Part shown: positions 47,461 through 58,406 of the stretch, piece after piece | Layout: each line of letters starts with the position of its first letter | How positions within the stretch are numbered: position 1 is the first letter of the stretch | Notes under the pieces: generated by a model | What the model saw: only the letters and a program-made list of their open reading frames with translations | What the model was told of the DNA's origin: nothing | Database searches by the model: none | Translations under genes and position numbers: made by a program | DNA from: Polyangiales bacterium | GTDB taxonomy: Bacteria; Myxococcota_A; Polyangia; Polyangiales; Polyangiaceae | DNA: 64,000 nt | Direction: 5' to 3' | NCBI GenBank assembly: GCA_038230375.1 | Contig: JBBRNJ010000003.1 | Coordinates: 96,001-160,000, forward strand

Positions 47461-47624
47461 GAGGTTGAAGTCGATTTCGAGGTCGGGGGTTGAGGTCGAG
47501 GTCGAGGTCGAGGTCGAAGTCGAAGTCGAGGTCGAAGTCGAAGTCGTCGTCGTCGTCGTCGAGGTCGAGGTCGAAGTCGAAGGCGAGGTCGAAGTCGCGG
47601 TCGCGGTCGTCGCTGTCGCTGTCG
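47461..47624. repeat. Degenerate hexamer tandem repeat (GAGGTC/GAAGTC/GCGGTC/GCTGTC), about 25 units
   Basis: GTCG recurs every 6 bp with an internal (GTC)n run. A polypurine tract precedes it at 47400-47460. Confidence 0.92.
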
Positions 47625-47897
47625 TCAGATCGCGTGCAGCTCCGTCCCCTGCGGGATCTCCTCCGGCTTCACGCCGAGTATCCGGTACATCGCGTACGTG
47701 CCTCCCTTTCCCTGGATGTGCGCGACATCCATCGACGCTGTGACGGTGCGCTCCGTCCCGTCCGGCAGCTTCATCCTGAGCTGGAATTCACCGCGGATCG
47801 GCGTGGCGACGGTGACGCGCGGCATGACGAGCACGCCCTTGCCGTTCGCGATGAATGCGTCGGCGACGACCACGAGCGGAGTGTCTGCGTCGGTCAT
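47625..47897 (-). CDS. Small hypothetical protein
   Basis: MTDADTPLVVVADAF... follows AAGGAGG; ATGA overlap with the upstream gene. Confidence 0.65.
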   Translation of the reverse strand: MTDADTPLVVVADAFIANGKGVLVMPRVTVATPIRGEFQLRMKLPDGTERTVTASMDVAHIQGKGGTYAMYRILGVKPEEIPQGTELHAI

Positions 47898-48574
47898 GGG
47901 CCGCCCTCCTTTGGCGCGTCCGGGTCGGATCCCGCAAGCGTGAACGGATAGATCACCGTGACGGAGCCCCCGTGCGGCGGTGGCGCGAAGGCCATCGACA
48001 TCATCGACTCGCGGAAGCACGTCTCTAGCTTTTCGTCCGGCAGCGTCCCTGCATCCCGGTCGATGGTCGCGTCCTCCACGATGCCGCCGACCTTCTCGTC
48101 TCCGACGATCTTCATCTTCACGACGATCTTGCCCGCGGCCTTTGGAGCGCGCGCGAGCAGCTCGTTGTAGCAACCCTTCGCCATGGGCAAGAAGTCCTCC
48201 TTCACGCGCTGGCGGAGGTAGTCCGCATCGATCTTGCCGTCCGCGCGCTCCGGCATGGGCGCATAGCGCCGGTCGCGGGTCGGGGGCTCTGCGGGGTCGG
48301 ATGCAGCGCCTCCGTTCGTCCACGCCTCCACGATGCGTCGGCGCATCTCCTCGCGCAGCTTCGCGTCGCGGACCGTCTTCTGGGTAAGCGCACCCGAGGA
48401 CGCCGAGGCTGCTGGTGACGTCCCAACGCTCACGGAACTGGCGCGCGCCGGATCGGTGCTGGCCGACGGCGCGGTTTTGGTGGTGGTCGCGTCACTCCCG
48501 GACCCGAGCTTCCACAAGAGAACGCCCACGAGCGCCAGCACGAGAGCGCCTACGATCGCGTGGCGCGCGCGCAC
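47894..48574 (-). CDS. AgmX/PglI C-terminal (TonB-C-like) domain membrane protein
   Basis: N-terminal TM; CY...L...P...GKI.V...I...G.V and C......F..P..GG.VTVIYPF. Confidence 0.75.
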   Translation of the reverse strand: MRARHAIVGALVLALVGVLLWKLGSGSDATTTKTAPSASTDPARASSVSVGTSPAASASSGALTQKTVRDAKLREEMRRRIVEAWTNGGAASDPAEPPTRDRRYAPMPERADGKIDADYLRQRVKEDFLPMAKGCYNELLARAPKAAGKIVVKMKIVGDEKVGGIVEDATIDRDAGTLPDEKLETCFRESMMSMAFAPPPHGGSVTVIYPFTLAGSDPDAPKEGGP

Positions 48575-48575
48575 G

Positions 48576-49982
<1,407 letters not shown>

Positions 49983-50049
49983 CGACCACCTTCTATACTC
50001 GATTGGCCTTTGAAAATCGCCGAGGGAACGATCGAGCGCGGAAAACGCC

Positions 50050-51438
50050 CTACTTCTTCGCGAACGACGCCATGAAGTAGCCGTCCGTCCCATGCAGGGC
50101 GGGCGTGAGACGTAGCTGGGTCTGACCCGCGAGAACGTCAAGGGGGGCGTCGAAGGGCGCGGGCGTGAGTGACGTGTCACGCGCGAGCACCGCCGAGACC
50201 ACGTCCTCTGCTTCTTCCTTGAGCACGCTGCACACCGCGAACACCAGGCGTCCACCAGGCACCAGCAAACTGGATGCATTCTGCACGATCTTCGTCTGCA
50301 GCTCCGCCAGCTCCGCGATGCTCTCCTCCGCACGCGCGCGGAAGATGTCCGGACGTCGGCGCAGCGTCCCCGTGCCGGAGCACGGCGCGTCCACCATGAT
50401 GCGATCGTACGGGCCCTTGATGGCGCCGGTCCCGCGCGACAGATCCGCCGCGAAGGTGGCGCGCGGCGCACGACCCAGCTTTGCGAGCTCCTCACGCAGC
50501 CGGTCCAGCTTCTGCGGGTGCACGTCCGACGCATCGACGGCGCCCGTGGCTCCAGCCTGCGTGACGAAGAGCCCCGTCTTGTTGCCACGTCCAGCGCATG
50601 CATCCAGTACCCGATCGCCGTCGCGCACGCCGAGCGCGAGCCCCACCACCTGCGCGCCCTCTTCCTGGACCTGGAGGCTCGCGCCCGCGGAGCGAACCAG
50701 AGCGTCCATCGAAGCGAGCAGCTTGTGCACGGACCCCGCACCGGTCGCCAGGATGGCTCGCGGCGACATGCGCCCCAGCGTGAAGACGGCGTGGCTCGCT
50801 GCCTCCCCGTCGTCGCGCGGCGCGTTGGCTGCAGCGGCCTCGAGCTCTCTTCTGATCGCCTCGCGGTCGCCATTGTCGACGCGCAGGCCCAGCGGCGGCG
50901 CATGCCGTGTGTCCGCGATGAAGACGCGCGCGCCCTCGTCGCCCAGCGTGCGGACGAGCGACGCACGGAGCCATGACGGAGCGCTCTCCCATGCGGCACG
51001 ATCCAGGGCCTTTGCATCCGCCTTCCCCTCCGCGGCCAGCTTGCGGAGCAACGCGTTCGCAAAGCCCGACACGCGCTCGCCGCGCCTTGCTCGCAGCGTC
51101 GACACGGCCTCGTTCACGGAGGCGAAGGCCGGCACGCGCTCCAAGACCGTGAGTTCGTACGCGGAGACCAGCAGCGGACCCATCAGCTCCGAGTCCTTGG
51201 TCTTCAGCCCGCGCGGCGCGTGAACCGCCAGGCGCGACTCCAGCCATGGCCGCAGCCGCAGGACGCCATAGAGGAGCTCCGTTGCAAGCGCGCGATCACG
51301 CGCGCCCAGCTGCACATGGCGCGACAGCTCAGCATCGAGCGCCGCAGCCGCGAACGCCTGGTCCTTGTCCACCCGCAGCAGGACCTTCGCGGCGATGCTA
51401 CGGGCCGTCGGCGCGCTTGCCGTCACTCGCGTGGTCAC
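50050..51438 (-). CDS. rsmB: 16S rRNA m5C967 methyltransferase RsmB (with NusB-like domain)
   Basis: DRALATELLYGVLR, VNEAV, VQEEGAQ, LDACAGRGNKT, DAPCSGTGTLRRRPD and TDGYF. Confidence 0.9.
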   Translation of the reverse strand: MTTRVTASAPTARSIAAKVLLRVDKDQAFAAAALDAELSRHVQLGARDRALATELLYGVLRLRPWLESRLAVHAPRGLKTKDSELMGPLLVSAYELTVLERVPAFASVNEAVSTLRARRGERVSGFANALLRKLAAEGKADAKALDRAAWESAPSWLRASLVRTLGDEGARVFIADTRHAPPLGLRVDNGDREAIRRELEAAAANAPRDDGEAASHAVFTLGRMSPRAILATGAGSVHKLLASMDALVRSAGASLQVQEEGAQVVGLALGVRDGDRVLDACAGRGNKTGLFVTQAGATGAVDASDVHPQKLDRLREELAKLGRAPRATFAADLSRGTGAIKGPYDRIMVDAPCSGTGTLRRRPDIFRARAEESIAELAELQTKIVQNASSLLVPGGRLVFAVCSVLKEEAEDVVSAVLARDTSLTPAPFDAPLDVLAGQTQLRLTPALHGTDGYFMASFAKK

Positions 51439-51451
51439 TCGCCCAGCCGCT

Positions 51452-53554
51452 TCACTCCGCCTTGAACTTGATCTGTGGCGGCGGCAGGTACGCGGAGCTG
51501 GTCATGCTGTACGGCTGGATGAAAACGACCGCGCGATCACAGGCGCTGAGCCCGATGCCGCCGCCGTTCGCCTTTGTCAGACCGGGGCACCAGTGTGACG
51601 TGCCGCTCTCGGGGCTGGGGAACGTGCCCGCTGCGCCGTAGTCGCCCTCCGACACGATGTCCCAGCACTGCTGGCGCTGCGTGTCGGTCGTTGGCGGACT
51701 GCCCTGGTGATAGAACGTGAGGACCGCGTCGTCCTGACCGGAGACGTCGGGGCAGACCGCCCACGCAGACAGCGTGACGGGCACGCCCGCCGTGTTCTGG
51801 ACGACGTAATAGCGACCAGGCTGTGTCGTGGTCTCCAGCGTGGCGCTGCACAGCCCGCCGTCGAGCCGCGTGTAGAGCGGTGCCGCCGCGAAATTCGTGT
51901 TGAGCGTGGTCACCGTGCCCAGCGCGCCAAGAGCAACGTCGACGCCTGCGGTGTTGCAGCCGATGGGCAGGACCTTCGCAGCGGAGGTGCCGCCGCCCGG
52001 TGTCGGCGTGAACACCGTGATGGTGAGCGAGCCAGGCGATGCGAGCTGAGCCTGCGGGAGCGTGGCCTTGAGCTGCGTGCCCGAGACGTAGGTCGTGGGG
52101 TAGTTCGCGCCGTTGAGCTGGACCAGGCTGGTGCTCGTGAAGCCTGAGCCGGTGACGGTGAGGAGCGTGTCAGGGCTGCCCATGACGACCGACGCAGGCG
52201 CGAGGGTGGTCAGTACGGGCGCGGGGTTCTGCACATTGATGCTCGCCATGTTCGACGTGCCGCCGCCGGGGGTCGGTGTGACCACGCTCACGGTGATCGC
52301 ACCCGCGGTCGCGACCTGCGCCGCGCTGAGCGTGGCGGTCAACGACGCGCTGCTGACGAACGTGGTCGCCGTGGCAGTGCCGTTGAAGAACACCTGCGAG
52401 GCCGGATAGAAGCTGGTTCCGCTGATGGTGACGTTCGTGGCGCCGGCGCCGGCGGTGATGGTGGCGGGGACCACGTTGGTCACGGACGGCGCGCCGTACT
52501 GCACGCGAAACGAGAGCGGCATGCTCACGCCGCCGCCGGGGGGCGGGTTCTTGACCGCGACCGGAAAATCACCGACCGCGGTGAGCGCGGACGAAGGAAC
52601 TACCGCCGTCAGCGTGCGATTGTCGATGAACGTGGTGGCGATGGGCGTGCCGTTGAAGAGCGCGGAGCTGGCGGTGACGAAGCCATTGCCTGTCAACGTC
52701 ACGGTGGTCGCGGCGCTGTTCACGAGCGCCGCGGTGGGCGCGACTGTCGTGAGCTGCACGGCCGGATTCGACACGGTGAACGAGAGCGGCATGCTCACGC
52801 CACCCCCAGGCGCCGGGTTCTGCACGATCACGTCCAGCGTGCCCGAGCTGGCGAGCTGCGCGGCCGGGATGGTCGCCTTGATGTTCTGACCGTCCATGTA
52901 GGTGGACTTGACCAGCTTGCCCTGGACCGTGACGGTGGCGGCGCTCACGAAGCCGTCGCCCGTGATCGCGATGGCCACATCCGGCGAACCTGCGATCACG
53001 CCAAGCGGCGCGAGCGTGGTGATCGCGGGACCCGGGTTCACCACGGTGAAGTCGAGCGCCGCGCTTGCGCCGCCGCCGGGCGGGCTGGTGCCCACCGAGA
53101 CGTGCAGGGTCGCGAGCGCGGCAAGGCTCTGCGTCGGAATGGTCGCACGCAGCTCCGTGGCGCTGACGAAGGTCGTGGTGAGTGGTGCGCCGTCGAGCTG
53201 AACGACCGTGCGTGCGACGAAGTTGTCGCCGTTGAGCACCACGGTGGGGCCCACGCTTCCGACGGTGGCCGTATTCGGTGTGATCGATGCGAGCGTGGGC
53301 GCCTTCGCGTTGTCGTCGGCGGTGGGCTTGGTAGGAGTGCCGCCTCCCGACCCGCCGTTGCCAGACGAGCTGCTGGTTGCGGTGGGCGTGGGCGTGGGGT
53401 CCGTGCCGTTCTGGCTGGTGTCGACGCCAGCGCCGGTGTCGGTCGTGGAGGCGCCCTGAGCGCATGCTCCGATCAACACGCCCATGACGAGCAACAGGAT
53501 TGCGAGACGAACTTTCCGAGCCTGAAGAGCACCACGAGATGCCACGACGAACAT
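51452..53554 (-). CDS. Lipoprotein with five IPT/TIG domains and a Cys-containing C-terminal domain
   Basis: Lipobox IGAC; five roughly 90-aa repeats P.L..L.P....G.GF.....V..NG....TTFVS...L.A.....P.PGGG.S. Confidence 0.85.
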   Translation of the reverse strand: MFVVASRGALQARKVRLAILLLVMGVLIGACAQGASTTDTGAGVDTSQNGTDPTPTPTATSSSSGNGGSGGGTPTKPTADDNAKAPTLASITPNTATVGSVGPTVVLNGDNFVARTVVQLDGAPLTTTFVSATELRATIPTQSLAALATLHVSVGTSPPGGGASAALDFTVVNPGPAITTLAPLGVIAGSPDVAIAITGDGFVSAATVTVQGKLVKSTYMDGQNIKATIPAAQLASSGTLDVIVQNPAPGGGVSMPLSFTVSNPAVQLTTVAPTAALVNSAATTVTLTGNGFVTASSALFNGTPIATTFIDNRTLTAVVPSSALTAVGDFPVAVKNPPPGGGVSMPLSFRVQYGAPSVTNVVPATITAGAGATNVTISGTSFYPASQVFFNGTATATTFVSSASLTATLSAAQVATAGAITVSVVTPTPGGGTSNMASINVQNPAPVLTTLAPASVVMGSPDTLLTVTGSGFTSTSLVQLNGANYPTTYVSGTQLKATLPQAQLASPGSLTITVFTPTPGGGTSAAKVLPIGCNTAGVDVALGALGTVTTLNTNFAAAPLYTRLDGGLCSATLETTTQPGRYYVVQNTAGVPVTLSAWAVCPDVSGQDDAVLTFYHQGSPPTTDTQRQQCWDIVSEGDYGAAGTFPSPESGTSHWCPGLTKANGGGIGLSACDRAVVFIQPYSMTSSAYLPPPQIKFKAE

Positions 53555-53695
53555 GTTGCGGACGAGCCTTCTGCATCGGGCCGAGCGGCCCCAAGCGCGC
53601 ATAACCAAGCACATGTAGGCAAGCCATGCCACCCGACCCCCGGCGATTTTTCCGTGGTGGGCATGGGCGCAGAGCATGCGCACCACGCAACTACG

Positions 53696-55411
53696 TCAAC
53701 CGCCTACGATTTCGTGCACTTGCCCGCGAATCACGTCCCATTTTCGCGTGACGTCATTCTTGAAGGCGAGCAGCATGAGGCCGATCAGGAACGCCATTCC
53801 CGCGAGGCTGATCACCTCGCGCGTGCGCAGCGCCAGGGGTCGCCGCCTCACACCCTCGATCGCGATGAGGAGGAGATGGCCTCCGTCCAGGACCGGCACG
53901 GGCAGCAGGTTGATGAGCCCAAGGTTCACGCTCGTGATGGCCATCGCCCACGAGAAGTACGTGGGCCCCTTCGCGCCGGCCTCTCCGGCAATGTCGTAGA
54001 GCGTGATGGGGCCGCTCACCTGAGAGAAGCTCACGCGCCCCTGCAGCAGCCGCACGATCGACGTGGTGACGAAGCGGATGGCGCTCCATGTCTCCGTGAA
54101 CCCGCGGCCGATCGCATACGTGAGCAGGTGGTTGTTCTCCACCATGTGCGACGCAGCACGCGGCACGTCGTGTGTGGTGCGGAACACGTAGCGCTCGTAG
54201 TGCTGGCTGTACTCGTCGTCCCAGGACTCGCGGCGCATCTGGAATGTGCCGCGCATGGTCTCGCCATCGCGCAGCCAGGCGAGCTCGTGCGGGCGGTTCG
54301 CGAAGCGCACGAGCTCTGCTTCCATGTGCGTCCACGAGCGGACGGGAACGCCGTCAAGCTCCGTCACGCGGTCGCTCGGGCGAAGGCCTGCGCGCCATTC
54401 GCTCGCGCCCTCTGGAACGAACGCGACATAGAGATCGCATGTCTCGATGCCGGTGCGTGCGCGTACGTCAGCCTCGCGCGCTGTGTAGTCGTCTGTCTTG
54501 GCGTTCGGCGGTAGGTCGATCGACAGCGGCGTGAGCGTGGCGACGCCGGGCTCCAGCACGGCCGCGTCGAACAGCTTGTTGTGAGCGCTCTCTGGCCGCA
54601 TGAACGTGACCACGATCGTGTCGCCGCGGTTCGCCGAGAGCATCTGCACCAGGTCCACGAAGCGGTCCACCTTGCGGCCGTTGATCGCGGTGATGCGATC
54701 GAACGAGCGTAGGCCGGCACGGTATGCTGGGCTGTCGGGCCGCGAGATGCCCACGACCGGCGCAAGGAACGAGGGCGAGATGCCCACGCGGCCCACACGC
54801 TCCGTCATCTCGAGCTCCACGGGCTCGAGCATCAGCACCTCTTCCTCGGGAGTGATGGGCAGCTCGAGCTGCTTGCCGTCGCGCGTGATGGAGAAGATGA
54901 CGGGCGCCCCCGCCTTGCCCTTGATCGCGCTCTGGACGTCGGGGAACGACTCCATCTCGGAGCCGTCGATCTTGTTGATCAGGTCACCGGGCTCCAGCTT
55001 GCCGTCAGCAGGTTTGTGGTCGAGCACGGTGCCGACGGCGGGCGGCTCGAACGTGCGGTCGTCCATGTAGACGGACGTGTAGAGCACCACGGGGAACAGG
55101 ACGTTCATCGCGGGGCCAGCCAGCACGATGAGCACGCGCTTGCCGAGCGATTGCGCCTCGAAGGTGCGCTTCTTCTCCTCCGGAAGGATCGTCTCGCCCT
55201 TGCCCTCTTCGAGCATCTTCACGAAGCCGCCGAACGGGAGGATGCCCAGGCAGTACTCCGTCTCGCGCCCGCGGATGCGGATGATCTTCGGCCCGAAGCC
55301 GATCGCGAAGGTCAGCACCTTCACCCCGAACATCTTGGCCGCCGCAAAGTGGCCCAGCTCGTGGATGAAGATGAGGATGCTGACGAAGAGAATGAAATAG
55401 AGGAGGTCCAA
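53696..55411 (-). CDS. rseP: RIP metalloprotease RseP with PDZ domains
   Basis: FIHELGHF, FAIGFGP, PFGGFVKM, AGPAMN, PDZ repeats, SGPI and NLLPVPVLDGGH. Confidence 0.93.
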   Translation of the reverse strand: MDLLYFILFVSILIFIHELGHFAAAKMFGVKVLTFAIGFGPKIIRIRGRETEYCLGILPFGGFVKMLEEGKGETILPEEKKRTFEAQSLGKRVLIVLAGPAMNVLFPVVLYTSVYMDDRTFEPPAVGTVLDHKPADGKLEPGDLINKIDGSEMESFPDVQSAIKGKAGAPVIFSITRDGKQLELPITPEEEVLMLEPVELEMTERVGRVGISPSFLAPVVGISRPDSPAYRAGLRSFDRITAINGRKVDRFVDLVQMLSANRGDTIVVTFMRPESAHNKLFDAAVLEPGVATLTPLSIDLPPNAKTDDYTAREADVRARTGIETCDLYVAFVPEGASEWRAGLRPSDRVTELDGVPVRSWTHMEAELVRFANRPHELAWLRDGETMRGTFQMRRESWDDEYSQHYERYVFRTTHDVPRAASHMVENNHLLTYAIGRGFTETWSAIRFVTTSIVRLLQGRVSFSQVSGPITLYDIAGEAGAKGPTYFSWAMAITSVNLGLINLLPVPVLDGGHLLLIAIEGVRRRPLALRTREVISLAGMAFLIGLMLLAFKNDVTRKWDVIRGQVHEIVGG

Positions 55412-55462
55412 GAGACGCCCCTGGTACTAGCAGGAGTCCCCGCGATGGGACGAGCCGTCGCA

Positions 55463-56113
55463 TCAATGGGACCCCAACGCGGGAGAAGCGGGCTGACCGC
55501 GCCGCTGCTTGCGCTTCGCAGGGTCGCCATTGGGATGGATGGTCTCGCCCCTTGCGAGCATCTCCGCGAACGTCGCGATCTTCTTCTTCCGGCCCGCCTC
55601 GGTCTTCATGTTGAGGGTGCGGAACGTCAACGCGAACCGGTTCTGGGCGGACAGCTTCTCGTACATCGCCAGCGCCTTCGGCTTCGCGCGGATCGCTGCA
55701 AGCAGGTCCGCCGGTGCCTCGCTCTTCGTCATGCTGTAGGCCTTGGTCCAGCGCCCGTCGGCCTTCGCGGCCTCGATCTGCGCAAGGCCCGGCGGCCGCA
55801 TTCTTCTCGCCTCGATCAGCCGCGCGACGTTGGCGACGTTGACCTGGCTCCAGATGCTCTTCTTGCGGCGCCGCGTGTACCGCTGCAGGAAGCTCGTGTC
55901 GTCCAGGCCCTTCCGGATGGCGTCGATCCATCCCCAGCAGAGCACGACGTCGATCGCCTCCTTCGGCGTGATGGACGCGAGCCCGGAGCTCACCTTGTGG
56001 ATCTTGATCCACACCTCGGTCTCCTTGTTCCAGTTCTTGCCGAGCCATGCGTAGAAGCTCTTCTCGCTCTCGAACTCGTGAACCTTCTCTGGATCGACGT
56101 GCACGGCTGCCAT
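55463..56113 (-). CDS. YdeI/OmpD-associated family protein
   Basis: LCWGWID, YTRRRKKSIWS.VN and GLAQIEAAKADGRW..AY. Confidence 0.88.
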   Translation of the reverse strand: MAAVHVDPEKVHEFESEKSFYAWLGKNWNKETEVWIKIHKVSSGLASITPKEAIDVVLCWGWIDAIRKGLDDTSFLQRYTRRRKKSIWSQVNVANVARLIEARRMRPPGLAQIEAAKADGRWTKAYSMTKSEAPADLLAAIRAKPKALAMYEKLSAQNRFALTFRTLNMKTEAGRKKKIATFAEMLARGETIHPNGDPAKRKQRRGQPASPALGSH

Positions 56114-56115
56114 CT

Positions 56116-56676
56116 CTACTTTCCTGCGCCGCGCTTTGCCCGTCGCGCGGCCGATTTTTTGGCGGCCTCTGCGGCCCATTTCTTCTCGAGGCGGGCCTTG
56201 GCTCTTGTCACCGTCACATCGGTGCCGCGCTTCTTGTCGGAGAGCAGGCCCCGCTCGAGCTTCGCGTACTCTCGCGCGAGTGTCTTCTTGATCGCAGTGA
56301 AGTCGCGGCTGAGCCCCGCCTTCTCCATGCTCTTCTCCACGCTGTCGAGCAGGAGAAGGACGTAGTCCGCTACCTGACGCACGTGCGCGATCGTGTAGTC
56401 GCGCCAACCTGCGCTTGCAGAGCTGACGCCGGGCGCGAGCATGAAGCGGCTCGTCACCTTCTTCGTCCTGGGGACATAGCGAAAATTCAGCATGCCCTGT
56501 TCAGCTCGTGATTTGGGGGCGGGCTGGATGAAGAACATCTGAAGGTCCACGATGCCAGCGACGCGCACGGGCTCCAGGTGCTCGTAGAGGACGTTCATCA
56601 CGACCAGATCCAGATCGCGAAACCGCCCGCCATCGCCGCCCGCGCCCTCGTGCCATCCCTGCAAGTTCAACCGCAT
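56116..56676 (-). CDS. Hypothetical protein with basic C-terminus
   Basis: ATG after GGAGGGAG; abuts the next gene. Confidence 0.6.
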   Translation of the reverse strand: MRLNLQGWHEGAGGDGGRFRDLDLVVMNVLYEHLEPVRVAGIVDLQMFFIQPAPKSRAEQGMLNFRYVPRTKKVTSRFMLAPGVSSASAGWRDYTIAHVRQVADYVLLLLDSVEKSMEKAGLSRDFTAIKKTLAREYAKLERGLLSDKKRGTDVTVTRAKARLEKKWAAEAAKKSAARRAKRGAGK

Positions 56677-56696
56677 CGTGAGCTCCCTCCTTGGCG

Positions 56697-57674
56697 CTAG
56701 AAACGGATGCGGAAGCCGTCCGCTGCAGCTGCGGCCATCGCTGTCTGCTTCTTCCCCCTCGGAGCAGTGAAGTAGATCACTGCGCCCGCGACCAGCACGG
56801 TTCCACCGGCGATGAACGCGATGGTGGACAGGTTTGCCAGATCGCGCGCCTTCGATCGATCATCCAGGCCGGGCTGCTGACACGCCTTGCCATCGCAGAA
56901 CGGGCTGGCGTCGTCTGCTTTCGACTTTGCTTGCAGACCGAAATACGTGCCGATGCCGATGCCCACGAGCCCGACGCCACCCGTGATGATGCCCACGGTG
57001 CGCTGCGTGGACCCCACGTTCGGGTCGGCGGCTTCCGGCAGGCGCGTTGGCGGCGGCTCCGCTCTTGGAAGAGCGATCAGCGCGGGGACCTCGATCTTCG
57101 TGCCCTGGGACGGCGGAGTGATCGTGACCTTTCTGGTCCACGTCTTCTTGCCTGGAGCGCTTGCCTCGATGACGTGCTCGCCAGGGTCGGTCGGCAGCTC
57201 GGTGCCCCAGAGCGCCGCGCCCAGCTCTGTTCCGTCGCGTGTGATCTTGAGCCCGCGCTCCTGGGTGGTCATCGGTACGACGACCTGCAGCTTCACGAGC
57301 TTTGGCTCGAGCGCGGCTGCGCGGTCCTGCGCGATCTTCTCTCTCGCATCCCCCTGCTTCTTCGCGAAGTTCGCGGCCTCGCGGAACGTGGCCCAGGCGC
57401 TCGCCGTCTTCTGGCTCTTCTCGTAGCAGTCGGCCAGGTACAGCATGGTGCCGATGCCCGAGTCCAGCCGGTTGCTCTCCGCAAGCTTCGGGCATGCCTC
57501 GGCGAGCTTGCCCTCCGTCATGAGCGCGCGTCCCTGATTGAAGAGCGCCTCCGCCGCGGCCGCATCGTTCGCGTTGGTGGTCTCGGCGCGAGCGTCGCCA
57601 GCGAGCACGATCGCGAGCGCCTGACACAGAGCGAGCGCTGCGATGCATGGCGTGGTCTGCATCGTTCGCGTCAC
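56697..57674 (-). CDS. TPR/PEGA-like exported protein with C-terminal TM segments
   Basis: AAEALFNQGR.LM..G...EACPKL.ES..LD...GT...LADCYE..ASAW..F, then DPGEH.IEASAPG. GTGA overlap with the upstream gene. Confidence 0.8.
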   Translation of the reverse strand: MTRTMQTTPCIAALALCQALAIVLAGDARAETTNANDAAAAEALFNQGRALMTEGKLAEACPKLAESNRLDSGIGTMLYLADCYEKSQKTASAWATFREAANFAKKQGDAREKIAQDRAAALEPKLVKLQVVVPMTTQERGLKITRDGTELGAALWGTELPTDPGEHVIEASAPGKKTWTRKVTITPPSQGTKIEVPALIALPRAEPPPTRLPEAADPNVGSTQRTVGIITGGVGLVGIGIGTYFGLQAKSKADDASPFCDGKACQQPGLDDRSKARDLANLSTIAFIAGGTVLVAGAVIYFTAPRGKKQTAMAAAAADGFRIRF

Positions 57675-58402
57675 GGCTGGTCTCCCTTCTGCTTTGCACC
57701 GAGCTGCATCCGATACGTCGCGAAGCGCTGCGCGCCAGGTCCGTGACCGTTGCCGGCGTCCTCCCATCCGTAGCCGTACCGACCGATGTGCATCAGGCGG
57801 ATCGTTGTGTCCGCGAAGATCGTATGCCTTGCCTGGCGTGCTCGCTCGCAGAACGCGAAGTCCTCGCCCAGGTACCACTCCGCACCGCTCTCGCCGTGCG
57901 GGTCCTTGACGATGAGCGGCTGGAAGAACGGGTAGAACCCCTTGCCCCACCGCGTGTTCACGCGCTTCACGTTGAGCCTGTCCCGGATGTCCTCGTACAC
58001 CTCGCGCCGCGTGAGGACGAAGCCAGCGCCCACGTACTGCACCTCGAGCAGCCCACCCCCTTCACCAAAGACGACCTCCTTCGTCTCCGGCAGCAGATAT
58101 GCAGCGAGCTCGCGCTGGCCCTTCTTCGCATAGAGCCCGCACGCGATCGGCACCTTGTGGCTGCGCAGCTTCTCCACCGCATCCGCAGTGAACGCGATGT
58201 CCGCGTCGAGCCACATGATGTCCTCGAAGCCTTGATCAAGCGCCTCGGTCGCCATCAGGCTGCGCGCCAGATCGATCGCGGAGTTGCCCGCCATGCGTCG
58301 CACCTCCCATCCAGATTTCGCGAGCTCGATCAGCGCGCGTTCGCACTCTGGCTCGACGCGATCTGCAACGGGAAGCAAGACCACGCGCTTGGCGTCCGTC
58401 AC
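57671..58402 (-). CDS. GT-A fold (GT2-like) glycosyltransferase
   Basis: IDLARS, WLDADI (DxD), GAGFVL.RREV and EDFAFCERAR......AD..I.L.HIG. Confidence 0.8.
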   Translation of the reverse strand: MTDAKRVVLLPVADRVEPECERALIELAKSGWEVRRMAGNSAIDLARSLMATEALDQGFEDIMWLDADIAFTADAVEKLRSHKVPIACGLYAKKGQRELAAYLLPETKEVVFGEGGGLLEVQYVGAGFVLTRREVYEDIRDRLNVKRVNTRWGKGFYPFFQPLIVKDPHGESGAEWYLGEDFAFCERARQARHTIFADTTIRLMHIGRYGYGWEDAGNGHGPGAQRFATYRMQLGAKQKGDQP

Positions 58403-58406
58403 GGCA

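Noticed and set aside
49983..51062. Long N-terminal extension of the E2 ORF
   Set aside because: It overlaps rsmB in another frame. The lipoyl domain starts at 49982.
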